From the human T2T-CHM13v2.0 reference genome, Homo sapiens, in assembly GCF_009914755.1 (NCBI RefSeq), contig NC_060934.1: DNA of 64,000 nucleotides. One strand, given 5' to 3'. The position numbers and the translations under genes are program-made. Position 1 is the first letter of the stretch. Each line of letters opens with the position of its first letter. Under the pieces are notes generated by a model. That model did no database searches. It saw nothing but the letters and a program-made list of their open reading frames with translations, and was not told where the DNA came from. Below, one piece after another: positions 59,144 through 64,000 of the stretch.

Positions 59144-59460
59144 GGCCGGGTGGTGGCTCATGCCGGTAATCCCAGCACTTTGGGAGGCCGAGGAGGGAGG
59201 ATTGCTGGAGCCCAGGAGTTCAAGACCAGCCTGGGCGATGTAGCAAGACCCCATCTCTACTATTAAGAAAAAAGAAAATTAGCTGGGCGGTGGTGGACCG
59301 CACCTGTGGTCCAAACTACTCAGGAGGCTTAAGTGGGAGAATCACTTGAGCCCAGGAGTTTGAAGCTGCAGTGAGCCGAGATCTCATTACTGCACTCCAG
59401 CCTGGGCAGCAGAGCGAGATCCTATCTCAAAGGGAAAAAAAAGAAAAAAACAACAAACAA
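59144..59460 (+). mobile_element. Alu (AluJ-like)
   Basis: Sense dimer; TSD tggctaagca. Confidence 0.88.
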
Positions 59461-59711
59461 TGGCTAAGCACAGTCGGCCGGGACCAGAGAATCTGGCTTC
59501 CTAAACCAAGAAGGCGGGCCAGCCCAGGACAGGCGGTGGGGAAGAGGCGCTGCCCAGGCAGGCGTCTCCCAGCAGGGCCGCCTGCGGGCGTCCATCCTCT
59601 GCGAGGCCCTTTGCCGGCCAATCGCGTGCTGTGGGGACCACAGAAGTCCCTCTCTGCTTGAGTGAGTGAACGCTACCAGCAACTGGTCTCCGTCCTCCAA
59701 AGCTGAGATGA

Positions 59712-60920
<1,209 letters not shown>

Positions 60921-62306
60921 GGTCTCTTTGGCCCAGCCAGTCGTGAGGACTGTGGCCCAGGATGCTGCCGAACAGTGAGGGTGCCCATTGTGGACTGGAA
61001 TCCAGCTAGCTATTCCTCATTCGAGACCCCATAGAACCCCACAAACATGATTGGGGTTGACATGGATTTTGAATATTAAAGTTACATGAGATTTCTGAAC
61101 TTGAGTGTCATGGAGCAAATTTCAAACGTGGTGTGTGTGTGTGTGTTTGTGTCACACTTAAGAGACAAATTACAAGACAGGACACCGAGTCCTTCACCCG
61201 CCTGCAGTCCAGCCTTGCAAGCCGTGGGGGCATGGCCTTCCACTGGGGGCGTGGCCTCCTGGCGCGGGCGTGGCAGGGCAGCACAGCCTGGCTGAGGAAA
61301 GCACAAATCCTGCTCTGCAACTGCTGGCTCCGTGGCCTTGGGAAGTCAGCACCAACTCCCCAGGGTTTTTGAGGAGGTGGTGTGACTTAGTGACTGCAAA
61401 TGCAAGGCGTGCCTTGCCTTCCACTGAACATGCGCAGTGTTGGCGCTGTTTTACTGTTTTCTTCATTGCTTGCACTTTTGACTTTCACTTTCTGCTGTAC
61501 CCATTCCCAGGCCCAGGATTGGGTTCCTCCCCACCCCTTTCGTTACTCCCTGAGGAACCAGCTCTGAACTGTGGATCCCTGGAGTCCCACATGGAGCCCC
61601 TCCTCAAGTGTACCATGATGGCCCCACCTCAGGACCCACACACACAGGTGGCTGAGAAACAGGGCAACATGCAGAGGGAAAACCAGGCACCACGTTCCGG
61701 GATTCAAAGGCAAATTTGACCCAAGCAGTTCTTCATCCAGCAAGGCATTAGGCTGAAACCCCTGTCTGCTTCTCCGCAGCTAATCTTTCCAGGCTTCCCT
61801 GCTGATTTCAGGATCCAAACCTCCTCTCTTAAGGGCTCTCACCACTCCCCCAGGGACAGTGCCCTCTGCCACACCAGGTCCCCTCTCCTGGCCTTCCTTC
61901 CTGACATGGCCTTTCCCCTCTCCCAGGCAGCCCCTCATGCTCACCTGATGTGATTCACTGAATCACCCCAGGGCCTCACACACTGCCCACTCCATAAACA
62001 TGTGACCTGAAGTGGGTTTATTACTTACAGATTGGCTGTGAGGGACAATAGAAGCCTAGGTTTCAGGACAAGCCAGTCCTCCAAGCCTCAGGAAAGCTGT
62101 CCAGAGTGGATGGACTCTCATCTGTTTGCTCCACTTGTACCACAACTAAGAGACCCTGCAGAGCAGCTGGCGCTGGGTGTTATACTCAAGGGTAGTGGGA
62201 ATTGCTGGGCTAAAGCATTGGAGAACACTCTGTTTCTAGAGGGAACAAGAACAGAGCCTGGGCTGTTTTGGTCAGTTCCTCCTTATCTCAGGATGTTGCA
62301 TTTTCA

Positions 62307-62760
<454 letters not shown>

Positions 62761-62895
62761 TCATGGTCTGTGTCATGCAGCAGGATTTGGTGAGCCACAG
62801 TTATAGGCAAAAGCCATGTCTCCAGGATGAACCACATGGGTACCATGTTCATAGCAGCCAGGACACTGGAAACCAGGAACTTGTAGACCTCTTAT

Positions 62896-64000
62896 TGATG
62901 GCAGTGGTGGCCTGTCTGAAGTGGCTGCTGCCATCACACTGGCTGTGGCAAGGAGGTGCAGCCAGGGCTGCACATTCTGTGGAACCAGCAGCAGCTGGAG
63001 ACAAATGGGAGCCCCACTCATTCAGAGTTGGTGGGGTGGGAGCTCCCTGGATGCAGCCGCAGCCACCCAACTCTTGGCTATGGACCCAGCCCTCCTGCTC
63101 CATGGAGCAAGAAGGAGCCACACCCACTCTGGGCACAGCTGTAGCTGCCCAAGTTGTGGCTGCAGACCCAGGCATCCTTGCACCCTTGGGGGCCAGGGAA
63201 GGCCCCCCCTTGCGGGCTTGAAAATGCCTGCTCCCACTGCCTGGCTTCTCCTTGCTGTTGGCACCCCCTCCAATCTCAGAGCAAAGTCCAGCTAAGCCTG
63301 GGTGCTGTCACAGCCTAGCTGGGTGTGCACCTGCTTGGGGCAGTACTGACACACCAGCCCGCTGCCACCTCAGCACCCTCCAGACTTTAGGCACTGATGA
63401 GCATAGGAGGGAAGCTGATGGGGGCCTGAGGGCAGCTTGGCGCTGACCTGCAGGCACCCCTTGGCACCTACAGCCTTGGCGCCATGAGAAGCAGCAGGAG
63501 GCAGACAGGTTATAGGGTGGGGGGGGGGCAGGTCCCTGGTGAGGCCCCACCTTCAGGTCAGGGATGTCCTGAAGGCTGGTGGCCAGGACGGCAGTCCCAT
63601 GGACCATAGTGGGAAATTGTGATGTCTTTTCCAGCCCACCTGTGGCGGTCCATGGACCAATCAGGGTGGCATTTCCTCTCCTCTGAGGCTCATAAAAGCC
63701 CCAGGCTCAGCCAGAGCTGAGTAGACATCAGGACAACTAGCTACAGAGAGGAGCCACCCACTTCAGGGCCTCCTGTCTGCTGAACACTCAACATGATGAC
63801 CAGCTGCAGGGAGGAGCTACCCATTCCGGTGCTTCCTCTGAGCTATTCTGTCACTCAATAAAGCACCTCTTCACCTTGCTCATTCTTCACTTGTCTGTGT
63901 ACCTCATTCTTCCTGGATGCGGGACAAGAACTCAGGACTTGCTGAATAGCAGGGCTGAAAGAGTTATAACACAAACAGTGCTGATACATGTCCCTTGCTC
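62896..64000 (+). mobile_element. MER52-type ERV1 LTR, running off the window end
   Basis: Starts tgatggcagtggtggcctgtctgaagtggctgctgccatcac; cataaaa box at about 63691; caataaa at about 63856. Confidence 0.78.

Overview
Human/primate genomic DNA (Alu-, L1- and LTR-rich) with no intact protein-coding gene. It is a mosaic segmental-duplication block carrying three pseudogenes. (1) Three cubilin (CUBN) CUB-domain exons on the minus strand, each disabled. (2) Four RSU1 leucine-rich-repeat exons on the plus strand, still open and mostly splice-competent. (3) A processed DUXA double-homeobox pseudogene on the minus strand. A ~2.5 kb CpG island follows, then a repeat-dense tail. Content and orientation fit the 10q11.21 CUBNP1-RSU1P1-DUXAP3 region upstream of BMS1; this placement is from memory, and the paralogous CUBNP3/RSU1P2/DUXAP4 block cannot be excluded. 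Most notable observations: a ~550 bp inverted copy of nearby DNA was pasted into the DUXA retrocopy, replacing the IQIWF codons of homeodomain 1 and supplying an ATG that is in frame with homeodomain 2 through a 30-nt homopolymer; the RSU1 copy lost its first splice acceptor but has an in-frame ATG at that site; CUBN and RSU1 sit head-to-head, unlike the parental locus; and there are two more fold-back/template-switch scars plus an LTR without target-site duplication. Parental protein sequences, exon numbers and repeat family names are recalled, not searched. Repeat boundaries are approximate.
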